Source: an uncultured Poribacteria bacterium (GTDB taxonomy: Bacteria; Poribacteria; WGA-4E; WGA-3G). From it: a DNA stretch of 64,000 bases. A program made the translations under genes and the position numbers. The notes below the pieces were generated by a model. It saw only the letters and a program-made list of their open reading frames with translations. It had not been told where the DNA came from and ran no database searches. Every line of letters starts with the position of its first letter. Within the stretch, counting starts at the first letter, position 1. Below, in pieces: positions 9,829-19,977 of the stretch. The stretch spans positions 2,016,001 through 2,080,000 of the forward strand of contig CATQHZ020000001.1 of NCBI GenBank assembly GCA_958296135.2. The letters are read 5' to 3'.

Positions 9829-10410
9829 CTAGGACTGCTTCTCCGGCGGCGATAAGTCACGGAGTGCCTCGGCAAGCCGCTGTCTTATCTTCCTCTTCCG
9901 CGACTTTACCGTGTTCTCGGGAATGCCCAGCATCTCCCCTATCTCCGCCGACGTGTACTCCGCCCACAACTTAGCCACGGCTACATACTTGGGACCCAGC
10001 TCCTTAAGAATCTCTAGCAATGCCGCCGCTCGAGGATCGCTCGGGAGCCCTCGGCGCGCTTCCCAGTCCACCGCTGCCCGACGCAGGTCTGCGGCGACTT
10101 CCAACGTCTGCTGTCGTCTTTGGATGGCGCGCCCGAAATCGGCGCACTTGTTACGCGCCACCTGCTTGAGCCATTTATCCACCTCGCGGATAGCGGTGGG
10201 GGCTTCGCGCGCCTGCTTCACAAAAGCATAGCAGATGTCCCCAAAGACATCGTTGACATCGTCGGGGTTGGTGATGCCTTTGTGGGTGATAATGGCGCGG
10301 AGGAGCCGCTCATATTTTAGCATGAGCGCATCGATAGCATCATCATCGCCGTTCTGGATTTGCGCCAGCAGTTCTGCGTCTGAGAGTTCAATAAGGTTTT
10401 GAGTCGCCAT
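9829..10410 (-). CDS. ECF sigma-70 family sigma factor
   Basis: SDAELLAQIQNGDDDA, region 2 DVNDVFGD...KWLKQVARNKCADF, region 4 EIGEMLGIPENTVKSR. Confidence 0.85.
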   Translation of the reverse strand: MATQNLIELSDAELLAQIQNGDDDAIDALMLKYERLLRAIITHKGITNPDDVNDVFGDICYAFVKQAREAPTAIREVDKWLKQVARNKCADFGRAIQRRQQTLEVAADLRRAAVDWEARRGLPSDPRAAALLEILKELGPKYVAVAKLWAEYTSAEIGEMLGIPENTVKSRKRKIRQRLAEALRDLSPPEKQS

Positions 10411-10473
10411 TTGATTCACAAGACATAGGGAACACCCGAAAGCACTGGAATTCCCTCTCCTGTGTGAAAACCA

Positions 10474-10971
10474 TTAACGAGCCGGCACAACGCTGCAATC
10501 GTAGAGCCAGACGCTGATAGACCACACCGATTCAATCTTTCCTTCAAGCGTCACTGTGTTACCGAGCATGCGGTTCAGTTGCCCTGCCGTGAATTCGGTG
10601 TTGAGTTCGCACCTCACGGTTTTATCGTCAACGGTTATCTCAACGTTATCAGCGGCAATCAGCTCGTAATTCGTCACATCGGTTACCCGGCCTGTCACTC
10701 GTGCAGTCCGGTTGAGATACTTCTGCCGCGCCTGATTTTTATCACGGCGGGCATCCGAAAAGATGGACAAGGATGACGCGTTGATGAGCAGGACCCTGTC
10801 GGGTGCTGTTCGCGTGATACGGCATGAATCAACGACATATTCATCGCCGAACGTCATCGCGTCAAGTTCAACAGTTTCGCCGGGGTTCATTGTCGTCACG
10901 GTGTCCCAGCAGCCGGTGGTGAATGCGACTGCGAGCAGTAGCATTCCTGTCAACATAAATTTCATAAGCAT
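10474..10971 (-). CDS. OB-fold (tRNA_anti-like) lipoprotein
   Basis: Lipobox-like TTGC; NQARQKYLNRTARVTGRVTDV...VTLEGKI pattern. Confidence 0.6.
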   Translation of the reverse strand: MLMKFMLTGMLLLAVAFTTGCWDTVTTMNPGETVELDAMTFGDEYVVDSCRITRTAPDRVLLINASSLSIFSDARRDKNQARQKYLNRTARVTGRVTDVTNYELIAADNVEITVDDKTVRCELNTEFTAGQLNRMLGNTVTLEGKIESVWSISVWLYDCSVVPAR

Positions 10972-11164
10972 TCTCCTTTGTTATGTCGGGATATACCCTA
11001 CACTGGGGGTGAAGCATCCCTGCGCGGCTTCAGTGCAAGAGCCCCTCCTTCGGGGTGCGCTGCCGCAGCCGAGATAGTCCCGATTTCAATTTAACACCTC
11101 TTCAAACGAAACAACCAGACTGCGCAGCGAGCCGAAGTGCGCGCGGCGGCTGCCCTTTCTGTGG

Positions 11165-11250
11165 AACCAGTTCACAGCGTGCCTCGGCAAGCCGCAGCTG
11201 CGCCAGCAATATTTCGTCCGAGAGTTCAATGAGGTTTTGAGTTGCCCTTT
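11165..11250 (-). pseudogene. 5' remnant of a second copy of the ECF sigma gene
   Basis: Encodes ATQNLIELSDEILLAQL versus ATQNLIELSDAELLAQI at 10410; the ATG position reads AGG. Confidence 0.65.
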
Positions 11251-11258
11251 AATTAACC

Positions 11259-11398
11259 AGACGTAGAAAAAACACAAAACGGTCACGAATTTTGAAAAAA
11301 AAGACTTTTTTTTCGGAAAAATCGACATTTTTGCAAAAATTGCGAAAAATGTCTAAATCTCTATGTTACAAGACGTGGAAAAAGGCAAAAACGGTCAC
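11259..11398 (-). promoter_or_regulatory. Two tandem candidate ECF-type promoters
   Basis: GTGACC-N17-CGTCT at 11286-11259 and again at 11398-11371. Confidence 0.5.
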
Positions 11399-11751
11399 TC
11401 GGGGTAAAAAAACGCGCTTTTTATGGTTCTCATTAAACCTGCAATTTGCCAAAAACATGTCTTCCAGAGCCCTTAAGGGCCGCTAGTCCTTAATTCAAAC
11501 GGAAGGCACGCGGGGCAGAAACTATAGACATTCAGATCCCAGCGGCCCTAAGGCGGCGTTTTTCGTCTAAATCCTGATTCAGAACAACAATAAGACAAAT
11601 AGCACGGCGAGGGACAGGTTTCCCCATCCTACGGTAGTGAGGCGCGTTCTTCAGTTTTCAAGGAAGGTTTAAACATGCAAAAATTTGCAAAATCTGGTAT
11701 CATATTCCTAATTTCCAAAATACTCACCAAAGGTTACAAGTTTGGCATACC

Positions 11752-13953
11752 ATGGATGACTTTTGTAGATACCTCACGTTTTTAATTCTTCTTTGCATCG
11801 GGAGTGGCACCGTCGGCGCGGCGGCGGAACGCAAAGTGACAGCATACCGAACCTATCAAAGCGTCGAAATCGACGGCGACCTGACGGAAGCAGATTGGCA
11901 GCACGCGATGCCGATTCGGCAATTCACGCAATTTGAACCCGATGAAGGCGCGCCGATGACTGAACCGACAGAGGTGCGAGTGCTTTATGATGCGAAACAC
12001 CTCTATTTTGGGTTCCTCTGCAGCGAATCGGAACCTGCGAAAATTATCGCGAATAAGATGCGCCGCGATACGATGCTGTGGGATAACGACAATGTCTTCG
12101 TCTTGTTGGATACCTACAACGACCGGCGCAGCGGGTTCTTCTTCCGGGTCAACCCGCTCGGTGCGCGCGAAGATGTGGCAATCATGGATAGCGGCGACAG
12201 CCGAAACGAAAACTGGAACGCTATCTGGGATGCCAAGACGAAAATGAACGCCACGAATTGGACAGCAGAAATCGCGATTCCGATCAGCCAGCTTCGGTTT
12301 AAGAGAGGAGAGACGCTGGAATGGGGACTTAATGTCGGCCGCACCATTCAAAAAAATCAGGAGGAGGGAACCTGGGCACCCGTGCCAGCGGCATATAATT
12401 GGCAGGCGCGCTATCGCACAACTAGCCTCGGCACGCTAACGGGACTCTCAGGAATTTCAACCCGGCGAAACATTGAGTTCCTCCCCTATCTGCTGCCTGG
12501 GGTGAGACGCACAGATACCGATGGTACAGACAGCGTGCTAGATCTGGGGGCGGACGCGAAAATTAGCCTCACCTCTAATCTCACGGGAGATCTCACCGTC
12601 AACACCGATTTCGCGCAAGTTGAAGCAGACCAGGAGCAGGCGAACTTAACGCGGTTTAGCCTCTTTTTCCCTGAAAAACGCCAGTTTTTCTTGGAAGGTG
12701 CAGGCATCTTTGATTTCGGGATTCCGCGCACTAGTTTCAACGCGCCGCCCCCGCTGCTGCTCTTCTACAGCCGCCGCATCGGCATCGCGGAAGCGCACGC
12801 TGTTCCTATCCTCGCAGGTGGAAAAGTTACCGGTAAAGTCGGCAACTACGGCGTTGGGTTGCTGAACGTCCTCACGGATAAATATGCCGCGGCGGCGACA
12901 GACGATGTGGATGCAGTGGACGTTCCGCGCACTAACTATTCCGTGCTACGAGTGAAACGCGACCTTTTTACCGGGTCAAACCTCGGCGTGATTGCGATTC
13001 ATAAGGGCGGTGCTGACATCCAGAATAGCGCGACCGGCGTTGATTTCGTCTATCGGCCTACGGATAAGATGAATTTTCGGGGGCTTTGGGCGCGCACGTT
13101 TGAAAGCACAGACCCGGCTGCTGGACACGCGGCTGTCCGGCCGAACGCGTGGTATTTCGGCGGGAATTGGCAAAGCACCGTGGCGCGATTGAACGCCTCC
13201 TATACCGACATCGGCGCGGATTTTAACCCGGAAGTCGGCTATGTGCAACGCGCAGGGGCCCGCTGGCTTCGTGCGGAGGCGCGAGGCACGCCTTACCTCC
13301 ATTGGCATGGGCTTCGTCGGCTGTGGATTGGCCCGGAGATGGATGTTATCCTCAATTCAGATAATCAGTTGGAAACGCGGACGTTCATCTGGAGCACATG
13401 GCTGGAATTGGAACGGGGCGGCTGGGGTGGTGTCCGCATCCGCAGAGAATTTGAATTCCTTGACGAAGATTTTGAGATCCGAGACGGCGTTATCATCCCG
13501 CCGGGCGAATATCACTATACCAACTACAGCGTCACGCTGAATGCGGAAGGAAACCAAAAATTTACCGGACGACTGTCGCTGAACTTCGGCGATTTCTACG
13601 ATGGTACGCGCCGTGGTTTCGATCTTCGAGTTGACTTCCGTCCAACGGGACGTTTCAGTCTTGAGCCACGCTACGAATTTAACCGCATCATGCTGCAGCA
13701 AGGCACGTTTAGTACGAACATCTTCGGCGGACGCATGGTCTACTCGTTTTCTACAGACCTGTTCGCGAAACTCTATCTGCAGTGGAACAGCGACAGAGAA
13801 CTGGTGACAGCGAATTTCTTGATCAACTATATCTATCGGCCCGGCAGCGATTTCTACTTCGTTTTCAACCAGACTTACGGTACGGAGAGTCTGTCAAGCG
13901 GCTTGCGAGATACGACGCTTGTCGCGAAGGTGACGTATTGGTGGAATCCGTAG
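11752..13953 (+). CDS. CBM9-like + DUF5916 outer-membrane protein
   Basis: Signal peptide, EIDGDLTEADW, WTAEIAIP, TVNTDFAQVEAD...FFPEKRQFFLEG, C-terminal KVTYWWNP. Confidence 0.85.
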   Translation: MDDFCRYLTFLILLCIGSGTVGAAAERKVTAYRTYQSVEIDGDLTEADWQHAMPIRQFTQFEPDEGAPMTEPTEVRVLYDAKHLYFGFLCSESEPAKIIANKMRRDTMLWDNDNVFVLLDTYNDRRSGFFFRVNPLGAREDVAIMDSGDSRNENWNAIWDAKTKMNATNWTAEIAIPISQLRFKRGETLEWGLNVGRTIQKNQEEGTWAPVPAAYNWQARYRTTSLGTLTGLSGISTRRNIEFLPYLLPGVRRTDTDGTDSVLDLGADAKISLTSNLTGDLTVNTDFAQVEADQEQANLTRFSLFFPEKRQFFLEGAGIFDFGIPRTSFNAPPPLLLFYSRRIGIAEAHAVPILAGGKVTGKVGNYGVGLLNVLTDKYAAAATDDVDAVDVPRTNYSVLRVKRDLFTGSNLGVIAIHKGGADIQNSATGVDFVYRPTDKMNFRGLWARTFESTDPAAGHAAVRPNAWYFGGNWQSTVARLNASYTDIGADFNPEVGYVQRAGARWLRAEARGTPYLHWHGLRRLWIGPEMDVILNSDNQLETRTFIWSTWLELERGGWGGVRIRREFEFLDEDFEIRDGVIIPPGEYHYTNYSVTLNAEGNQKFTGRLSLNFGDFYDGTRRGFDLRVDFRPTGRFSLEPRYEFNRIMLQQGTFSTNIFGGRMVYSFSTDLFAKLYLQWNSDRELVTANFLINYIYRPGSDFYFVFNQTYGTESLSSGLRDTTLVAKVTYWWNP

Positions 13954-14028
13954 AAGCCCGGCGGATAATCGTCTGGCGAGGGAAACCTGTCCCTCGCCAC
14001 GCTTGTGGGAAAGGCAAAGAGAGCACCC

Positions 14029-15147
14029 ATGAAAATTATTGAAGTCCAAACATATCTCGTTGACGTGCCGCCGCCGCATTGGGGTGGCAGACGCTGGATT
14101 TTTGTCAAACTTATCACCGACGAAGGTATTGAAGGCGCAGGCGAATGCACCTACCACACGCAACTCAATCACGTCGTCGTTGAATTAATCAAGGATTGGG
14201 GAGAACGCTTCCTCATCGGCGCGGATCCGTTCCGGATCGAAAAGATCTGGCATACACTCTATGAGGGCCCCGCGGTGCGGCACTCCGGCCCGCTGACTAC
14301 GCCTGCGATGAGCGCGATTGAGATGGCGTGCTGGGACATCGTCGGCAAGGCATTGAATCAGCCGATTTACAATCTGCTCGGCGGCATGTTCCATGAAAAA
14401 CTGCGCGCGTATTCCTACCTTTTGCAATGGCGGCGCGGCGATTCGCCCGAAAAGACTGCCGAACTCGCGCTCTCTTACGTAGAAAAGGGGTTCACCGCCG
14501 TGAAATTCGACCCGGTGGATCCGCGCGCCGTGGATAGACTGGAGACGCTGAACTACGCCGAGAGCGTCATTCGTGCCATCCGCGATGCTGTCGGGGATAG
14601 GTGCGATATCCTCATCGGGACGCACGGGCAGTTCAACACAAACAGTGCCATCCGTTTTGCCAAACGCGTCGAACCCTACGAACCACTCTGGTTTGAGGAA
14701 CCGGTGCCGCCGGAGAATATCAAGGAGATGGCGCGCGTCGCGCAGTCTACCAGCATCCCGATAGCCACCGGCGAACGGTTGCTCACGAAGTATGAATTCG
14801 TCGAGCTGCTGGAGCAACAGGCTGCCTCCATTTTGCAGATGGATCTGACGATAACGGGCGGCATCCTTGAGGCGAAGAAAATCGCGGCGATGGGTGAGGC
14901 ACACTATGCGCAGATCGCACCGCATCTCTACGGCGGCCCCATCGGTGGCGCGGCGAATATCCAATTGGATGTCTGTAGCCCCAATTTCCTGATTCAGGAA
15001 GGCATCCATAAATGGGACGGCTTCCACGCCGACATTCTGAAGGAGCCGCTCCAGTGGGAAGATGGGTATATCATTCCCTCGACGAAGCCGGGCCTCGGCG
15101 TTGAGTTGAACGATGCAGTTTTGCGGAAGCATGCCATCGCCGTGTGA
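14029..15147 (+). CDS. Mandelate racemase/galactonate dehydratase-like enolase superfamily enzyme
   Basis: SAIEMACWDIVGK, KFD, WFEEP, ATGER and APH motifs. Confidence 0.85.
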   Translation: MKIIEVQTYLVDVPPPHWGGRRWIFVKLITDEGIEGAGECTYHTQLNHVVVELIKDWGERFLIGADPFRIEKIWHTLYEGPAVRHSGPLTTPAMSAIEMACWDIVGKALNQPIYNLLGGMFHEKLRAYSYLLQWRRGDSPEKTAELALSYVEKGFTAVKFDPVDPRAVDRLETLNYAESVIRAIRDAVGDRCDILIGTHGQFNTNSAIRFAKRVEPYEPLWFEEPVPPENIKEMARVAQSTSIPIATGERLLTKYEFVELLEQQAASILQMDLTITGGILEAKKIAAMGEAHYAQIAPHLYGGPIGGAANIQLDVCSPNFLIQEGIHKWDGFHADILKEPLQWEDGYIIPSTKPGLGVELNDAVLRKHAIAV

Positions 15148-15241
15148 ACCCAATGCCAACCAAATAGACGCGGTTTGTAACCGCGCAGGTTTCTTAAAAA
15201 ACGCGCCTACCGACAGAAATATGGCATTTGCATCCGTGCTG

Positions 15242-16129
15242 TTATATTAATCCGCACAGGTAGTCCCGGCTCCGCAAGGCATCTGCCAACGAATGCAAAG
15301 TCGGCGTGTTTTCAAGCAGGAGATCGCCGGTATAGTTGCCTTTGCGCAAGCGTTCAGCGATGGCACGGAAATCGACAAACCCGTCGCTGACTTCCGATAG
15401 CACGCCGTCTTTCGTCTTCTGCTTGAAATGCACGGAAGTGAGGTCTGACATCTTTACCTCACGCCAGAACGCCTCAGGCGAATTCAGCGTTGTCCCGTCA
15501 GCACGATAGGTGTTCGTTTCGTCGTAGGTGAGTTTCGCGCCGCCAGCGACGGCTAGCCTCAAGGTTAACAGCGCGGATTGACGCGCGTTCTCCACAGCGA
15601 AAATCATCGGGTAGTCGGGTAAAAGCGCGTTATATCGTTGGAGGTTCGCGACAGCGGCGGCTTCGTCAATTTCACCTTCGGTGTCCAGATCGACGAGGCG
15701 GAACCGGGCGCGCGATGGACATAGTAGATACGCCAACTTCTTCGCCGTGATTATCGGTTGGGTGTCTCCCGGGTCTGAAAGCCAAGGATGGGCCATCGCA
15801 TAACTTAAGGTGAGCCCTTCTGCTTTTCGAGCGAAGGCGGCTACCTCTTCAAAAAGCGCGGGGTGCTTAGTGTGATGCCGTTTCCCATTCCACACCGCCT
15901 CGGAGAGGGTTTTCCACTCGGCATCGGAGTAATCGGGCATTGCCAATTCAAGTTGATTGATGATGGCCCCGAAGGCGGAATCGCGGAGGTAATCACCTTC
16001 GCGCACCTCCATATCGCGGAACCCATTCTGGCCGAATTCAACCACCAGGTCATCGAAGCGTGCACCGCCGTGTGAAACGTGCATCTCTACGCTCCAGATA
16101 TTCGTAACAATTCCAAGTTTTTCAAACAT
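15242..16129 (-). CDS. Divergent TIM-barrel (AP endonuclease 2 / sugar isomerase-like) protein
   Basis: AVEN, TYDETN, SVHFKQ, DGFVDF and LLEN motifs. Confidence 0.55.
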   Translation of the reverse strand: MFEKLGIVTNIWSVEMHVSHGGARFDDLVVEFGQNGFRDMEVREGDYLRDSAFGAIINQLELAMPDYSDAEWKTLSEAVWNGKRHHTKHPALFEEVAAFARKAEGLTLSYAMAHPWLSDPGDTQPIITAKKLAYLLCPSRARFRLVDLDTEGEIDEAAAVANLQRYNALLPDYPMIFAVENARQSALLTLRLAVAGGAKLTYDETNTYRADGTTLNSPEAFWREVKMSDLTSVHFKQKTKDGVLSEVSDGFVDFRAIAERLRKGNYTGDLLLENTPTLHSLADALRSRDYLCGLI

Positions 16130-16159
16130 GGTGATAACCTCAAAAAATCAGTTTTCCCA

Positions 16160-16355
16160 GTAGGAGAGCCCTCCTGCGTCTCAATACCGATGCCCCGGTC
16201 TCAATACCGATGTCCCGGTAGGAGAGCCCTCCCGCGTCTCGATTTCTTGCGCCCCGGTAGGAGAGACTCCCGCGGCTCGATACCGATGCCCCGGTAGGAG
16301 AGACCTCCCGCGTCTCGATACCGATGCCCCAGTAGGAGAGACCTCCCGGTCTCGA
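16160..16355 (+). repeat. Tandem array of 5 REP family A units in a divergent intergenic region
   Basis: GTAG starts at 16160, 16218, 16257, 16294 and 16332; unit GTAGGAGAGACCTCCCG(C)GTCTCGATACCGATGCCCC. Confidence 0.9.
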
Positions 16356-16357
16356 TA

Positions 16358-17044
16358 GTGAAGGAGACAAAACCGTTGACACAATTTACCGATGAACTCA
16401 GACAATTCGCCGCCCCGATTTGGGAGGCAGATCTGCAGCACCCCTTCGTCCGCGGCATTGCCGATGGCAGCCTTCCGACAGAAAAGTTTAAGTTCTACCT
16501 CATTCAGGACTATCTGTTCCTATTGGACTATAGCCGTGTGTTTGCGCACGGCGTTATCAAGGCACCCGATGAGGCGACGATGGCACTCTTTTCACAACTG
16601 CTCAACGAAACCCTCAACACGGAGATGGATTTGCACCGCGGGTATTGCGAAAAATTTGGCATCTCCGCCGCCGAGATGGAGCAGGCACCGGTAGCCCCAA
16701 CGACGCATGCCTATACTCGGCATGTGCTGCATGTCGCACAGAGCGGCACGCTGGCAGCCCTTATCTCAGGTGTTTTGCCGTGCCAGTGGGGTTACGCCGA
16801 GATAGGCACAACGTTGGCACAGCAGGGAGGTTCGCCCGAACCGCTCTATCAAGAGTGGATAGAGATGTATGCCTCCGAGGAATTCCTCGCCTTGGGCAAG
16901 TGGTTGCGCAGCCTCCTGAACAAGTTGACAGCAGAGAGCGGTTCCGCCGAGAAAGCGCGGTTGAAGGAGCATTTCCTGCTCAGCAGCCGTTATGAGTATC
17001 TCTTTTGGGAGCAGGCGTGGACGCAGGAGACATGGCAGATTTAA
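16358..17044 (+). CDS. tenA: Thiaminase II (start may be TTG 16376)
   Basis: HPFV, FKFYLIQDYLFL, LPCQWGY, YQEWIEMYAS and YEYLFWE motifs. Confidence 0.9.
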   Translation: MKETKPLTQFTDELRQFAAPIWEADLQHPFVRGIADGSLPTEKFKFYLIQDYLFLLDYSRVFAHGVIKAPDEATMALFSQLLNETLNTEMDLHRGYCEKFGISAAEMEQAPVAPTTHAYTRHVLHVAQSGTLAALISGVLPCQWGYAEIGTTLAQQGGSPEPLYQEWIEMYASEEFLALGKWLRSLLNKLTAESGSAEKARLKEHFLLSSRYEYLFWEQAWTQETWQI

Positions 17045-17095
17045 GAGCATTGCCGGGAGGCGCGGTTTTCAACCGCGCTCCTGCAGCATGCGCGC

Positions 17096-18979
17096 TTACA
17101 ACGCGCGTCTACCTGTATTGGGCAGAGCAACATGAAATACGGTGCCTTGTCCTAACGTGCTCTCAAGCCAGATGCGCCCACCGTGGCGCAGCACGATGTG
17201 TTTGGCAATGGCGAGGCCGAGGCCGAGGCCGCCCATTTCTCTGGCGCGTCCTTTGTCCACGCGATAAAACCGTTCAAACACGCGCGATTGCGACTCCAAC
17301 GGGATACCGATGCCGGTGTCTTTCACATGCACGATGAGTTCGTTCCCCGATACATCCGCCGAGACGCGAATCGTGCCACCGTCCGGCGTGTACTTAATTG
17401 CATTGTCAATGAGATTCACAAAAACTTGCATGAAGAGCTGTTTGTCTACCTTAACCCGCGGCACGGTTTCGGGGGTATCCCACTCCAAAACCACGCCTGA
17501 TTCCTCTAACACCGGCTCAAACACGTCCAGAATCGGTTCGTGAAAGGCGTTGAGGTGACAGGGGGCACGTTTCAATTCAACGTCACCCGATTCAAGCCGC
17601 GATAATTCAAGCAGATCGGCGACTAATCGCGAGAGACGCGCAGCGTGACTTAGGATTTTGATCAGGAATTCTTCGCGATTTTTTTTGCCGGCAACAGAAA
17701 AGTCAAACTCGCTGTTGAGTAGGGTTTCTGCGTAGCCTTGAATGGAGGTGAGGGGGGTTCGCAGTTCATGTGAGACATTCGCCACGAAATCTGCACGGAT
17801 GCGTTCTAGTTGCCGCACTTGGCTCACATCATGGATAACGATAAGGTACTCCCGGTCGGCAGCTCGGGTAGGCGGATCGACAGTGCCTTCGTTTTCACGA
17901 AAACCTTCCAGGTCTCGTAGCGCGGGGGCCTGTCCCCCGCGATGCTCCTCTGGCGCGGTGATGGGGACGACGGTAACCTCCGCCTCCGGCTCCATCAGAT
18001 TGCCAAGCCGAATTTCCGCGAAAGCGACAGTGCCAGTCTGTTCCGCCTTTTTGAGCAGTGCCTGCAGCTCCGGCTTTCTATTAATTTCTATCAGAGCCTT
18101 GCCGATGTATTCATCTGGGAGAACCAACATGGCAATAGCGGCGGGGTTCGCATAGGTAACCTCAGACGCGCCGTTGACAAGCAGCACGCCCTCTCCCATA
18201 TTCGTCAAGATGGTTTCAAAGCGATGGTGTGCCTGAGAAATTCTGTGAATTTGCCCCTGCACTCGACTTGCCATCATGTTGAAATTCCGGGAGAGCTGCC
18301 CCAATTCATTGCCGGAATTGACTGGCACCCGCGAGGTAATCTTTCCGGCGGCCAGCGATTGCGTCGTCTGAGTCAATTTCTGAATGGGCTTGACGATGGC
18401 ACCGGTGGTAAAAATGCTGAACAGAATCGCCAAGACGAGCCCCGCCACACTGACGAAGAGGAGCATGCGCCAGAGGTTGAAAACCGCGCTGTTGACAGTT
18501 TGCATCGGGAGTGCAACACGGCAGATGCCGAGCAGCTCCCCATCGCGTTCAATAGGCACGGCGAAATAACGGAATTCTGTTTCTGTCGTGGTGCTATACC
18601 GGTCGCGAAGACCGCGCCCTTTCTCTAATGCCGCCTGCACTTCTGGGCGACTGAGATGGTTGTCCATAGCGAGGAGTTCCGCGCCATTGCGCTCAGTATC
18701 TCCCCAGACGCGCCCATCAACATCGATGAAGGTCAAACGCATCTGTCCCGCCCCTCCGAGTCTATCTACGAGCCTGTCTATCTCGTGCGTGAACTCATCG
18801 GTTTTGGGCAATTTTTCAAGCAGAAATTCGCGGGAGAGTGCCGCCTGAATTTCTAATTCGCCGGTGATGCGGCTGCTGAGGGATGCCCTTAGCGTCGCAC
18901 CGAGGTAGAGATACATGGCGAATAGCACCAAAAGCACGATACCGATGTAACTGAACGTCAATTGTGTGCGGATGCTCAT
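17096..18979 (-). CDS. PhoR-like HAMP/PAS sensor histidine kinase
   Basis: Two TM helices, HAMP, FVANVSHELRTPLTSI, NLIDNAIKY, DTGIGI, GLGLGLAI; no adjacent response regulator. Confidence 0.9.
   Translation of the reverse strand: MSIRTQLTFSYIGIVLLVLFAMYLYLGATLRASLSSRITGELEIQAALSREFLLEKLPKTDEFTHEIDRLVDRLGGAGQMRLTFIDVDGRVWGDTERNGAELLAMDNHLSRPEVQAALEKGRGLRDRYSTTTETEFRYFAVPIERDGELLGICRVALPMQTVNSAVFNLWRMLLFVSVAGLVLAILFSIFTTGAIVKPIQKLTQTTQSLAAGKITSRVPVNSGNELGQLSRNFNMMASRVQGQIHRISQAHHRFETILTNMGEGVLLVNGASEVTYANPAAIAMLVLPDEYIGKALIEINRKPELQALLKKAEQTGTVAFAEIRLGNLMEPEAEVTVVPITAPEEHRGGQAPALRDLEGFRENEGTVDPPTRAADREYLIVIHDVSQVRQLERIRADFVANVSHELRTPLTSIQGYAETLLNSEFDFSVAGKKNREEFLIKILSHAARLSRLVADLLELSRLESGDVELKRAPCHLNAFHEPILDVFEPVLEESGVVLEWDTPETVPRVKVDKQLFMQVFVNLIDNAIKYTPDGGTIRVSADVSGNELIVHVKDTGIGIPLESQSRVFERFYRVDKGRAREMGGLGLGLAIAKHIVLRHGGRIWLESTLGQGTVFHVALPNTGRRAL
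17850..17960. repeat. REP family B copy within an in-frame insertion in the kinase PAS domain
   Basis: GTAGCGCGGGGGCCTGTCCCCCGCG at 17917-17941, read as RGGQAPALR. Confidence 0.75.
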
Positions 18980-19083
18980 TTTTCGTCTTTTTGTCCATGT
19001 CCAGAGAATGCTCAGCGAAGCCGAAACGCAGAAGCGGATGCCCGCCAAGGCACCCTAACCGAACCCTTCGCGCCAATACAAAA

Positions 19084-19863
19084 TTACCACGTGTCCCGGA
19101 CGCTAACGCCTTCTGTCTCCAAATAGGTTTTGATACTCTCAATCGTGAATTCGCCGTAGTGCGTGATGGAAGCGACGATGGCGGCATCGGCGTGGCTCTC
19201 AACGAAAACATCACGCAGGTGCTGCGGATTCCCCGCGCCGCCAGAAGCAATCACCGGCACCGGCACCTTATCGGCAATCGCACCCGTTAACGCGAGTTCA
19301 TAACCTGCCTTCGTGCCATCGGCATCGATGCTGTTAACGACGATTTCGCCCGCGCCGAGTGCCACGCCGCGCGCCGCCCACGCCAGCGCATCCCAGCCGA
19401 CCGGTTTTCTGCCACCATCGATATAGATTTCATAGCCGCTCGGAATCTGTTCGCTTTTCGGGACGCGTTTCACCTGCATGCTGAGCACGACACATTGGCT
19501 GCCGAACGCGCGCGCGCCTTCCGCGATTAACTGCGGGGTTCGCACCGCACCGGAGTCAATGCTCACCTTTTCCGCACCAGCAAGGAGAACGCGGCGCATA
19601 TCCTCAAGTGTCCGCAACCCACCGCCGACAGAGAAAGGAATAAAGATTTCGGCGGCGACAGCGGAGACAACATCGAGCATGATGTCGCGCCGTTCGTTGC
19701 TCGCCGTGATGTCGTAAAAGACGAGTTCATCCGCGCCGCCTTCGTAGTAAAAGCGCGCCATTTCCACCGGGTCGCCGACATCAACGTTGCCTTTGAAAGC
19801 GATGCCTTTCGTCACCTTCCCCGCGCGCACGTCTAAACATGGAATAATCCGTTTTGTTAGCAT
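19084..19863 (-). CDS. hisF: Imidazole glycerol phosphate synthase cyclase subunit
   Basis: [36 protein letters not shown] and ASGGAG motifs. Confidence 0.95.
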   Translation of the reverse strand: MLTKRIIPCLDVRAGKVTKGIAFKGNVDVGDPVEMARFYYEGGADELVFYDITASNERRDIMLDVVSAVAAEIFIPFSVGGGLRTLEDMRRVLLAGAEKVSIDSGAVRTPQLIAEGARAFGSQCVVLSMQVKRVPKSEQIPSGYEIYIDGGRKPVGWDALAWAARGVALGAGEIVVNSIDADGTKAGYELALTGAIADKVPVPVIASGGAGNPQHLRDVFVESHADAAIVASITHYGEFTIESIKTYLETEGVSVRDTW

Positions 19864-19977
19864 TTTTCGTCATTTGAGTCTTCGTCCCTATCCACTCTAA
19901 TTCGGGCGAGCCCGAACTGTTTGAGCTCAGGCGAGTCCAAACTATAGAACCGGGGACGAAATAATTCTGATTCTCCA

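Noticed and set aside
10985-11090. TPP riboswitch (GGGGTGC...GAGA), given thiamine genes in the window
   Set aside because: Lacks the CUGAGA and ACCUGA core and is not upstream of a thiamine gene
16140-16458. Short repeat-rich ORFs (also 50657-50917 and 51942-52559)
   Set aside because: Translations of REP arrays
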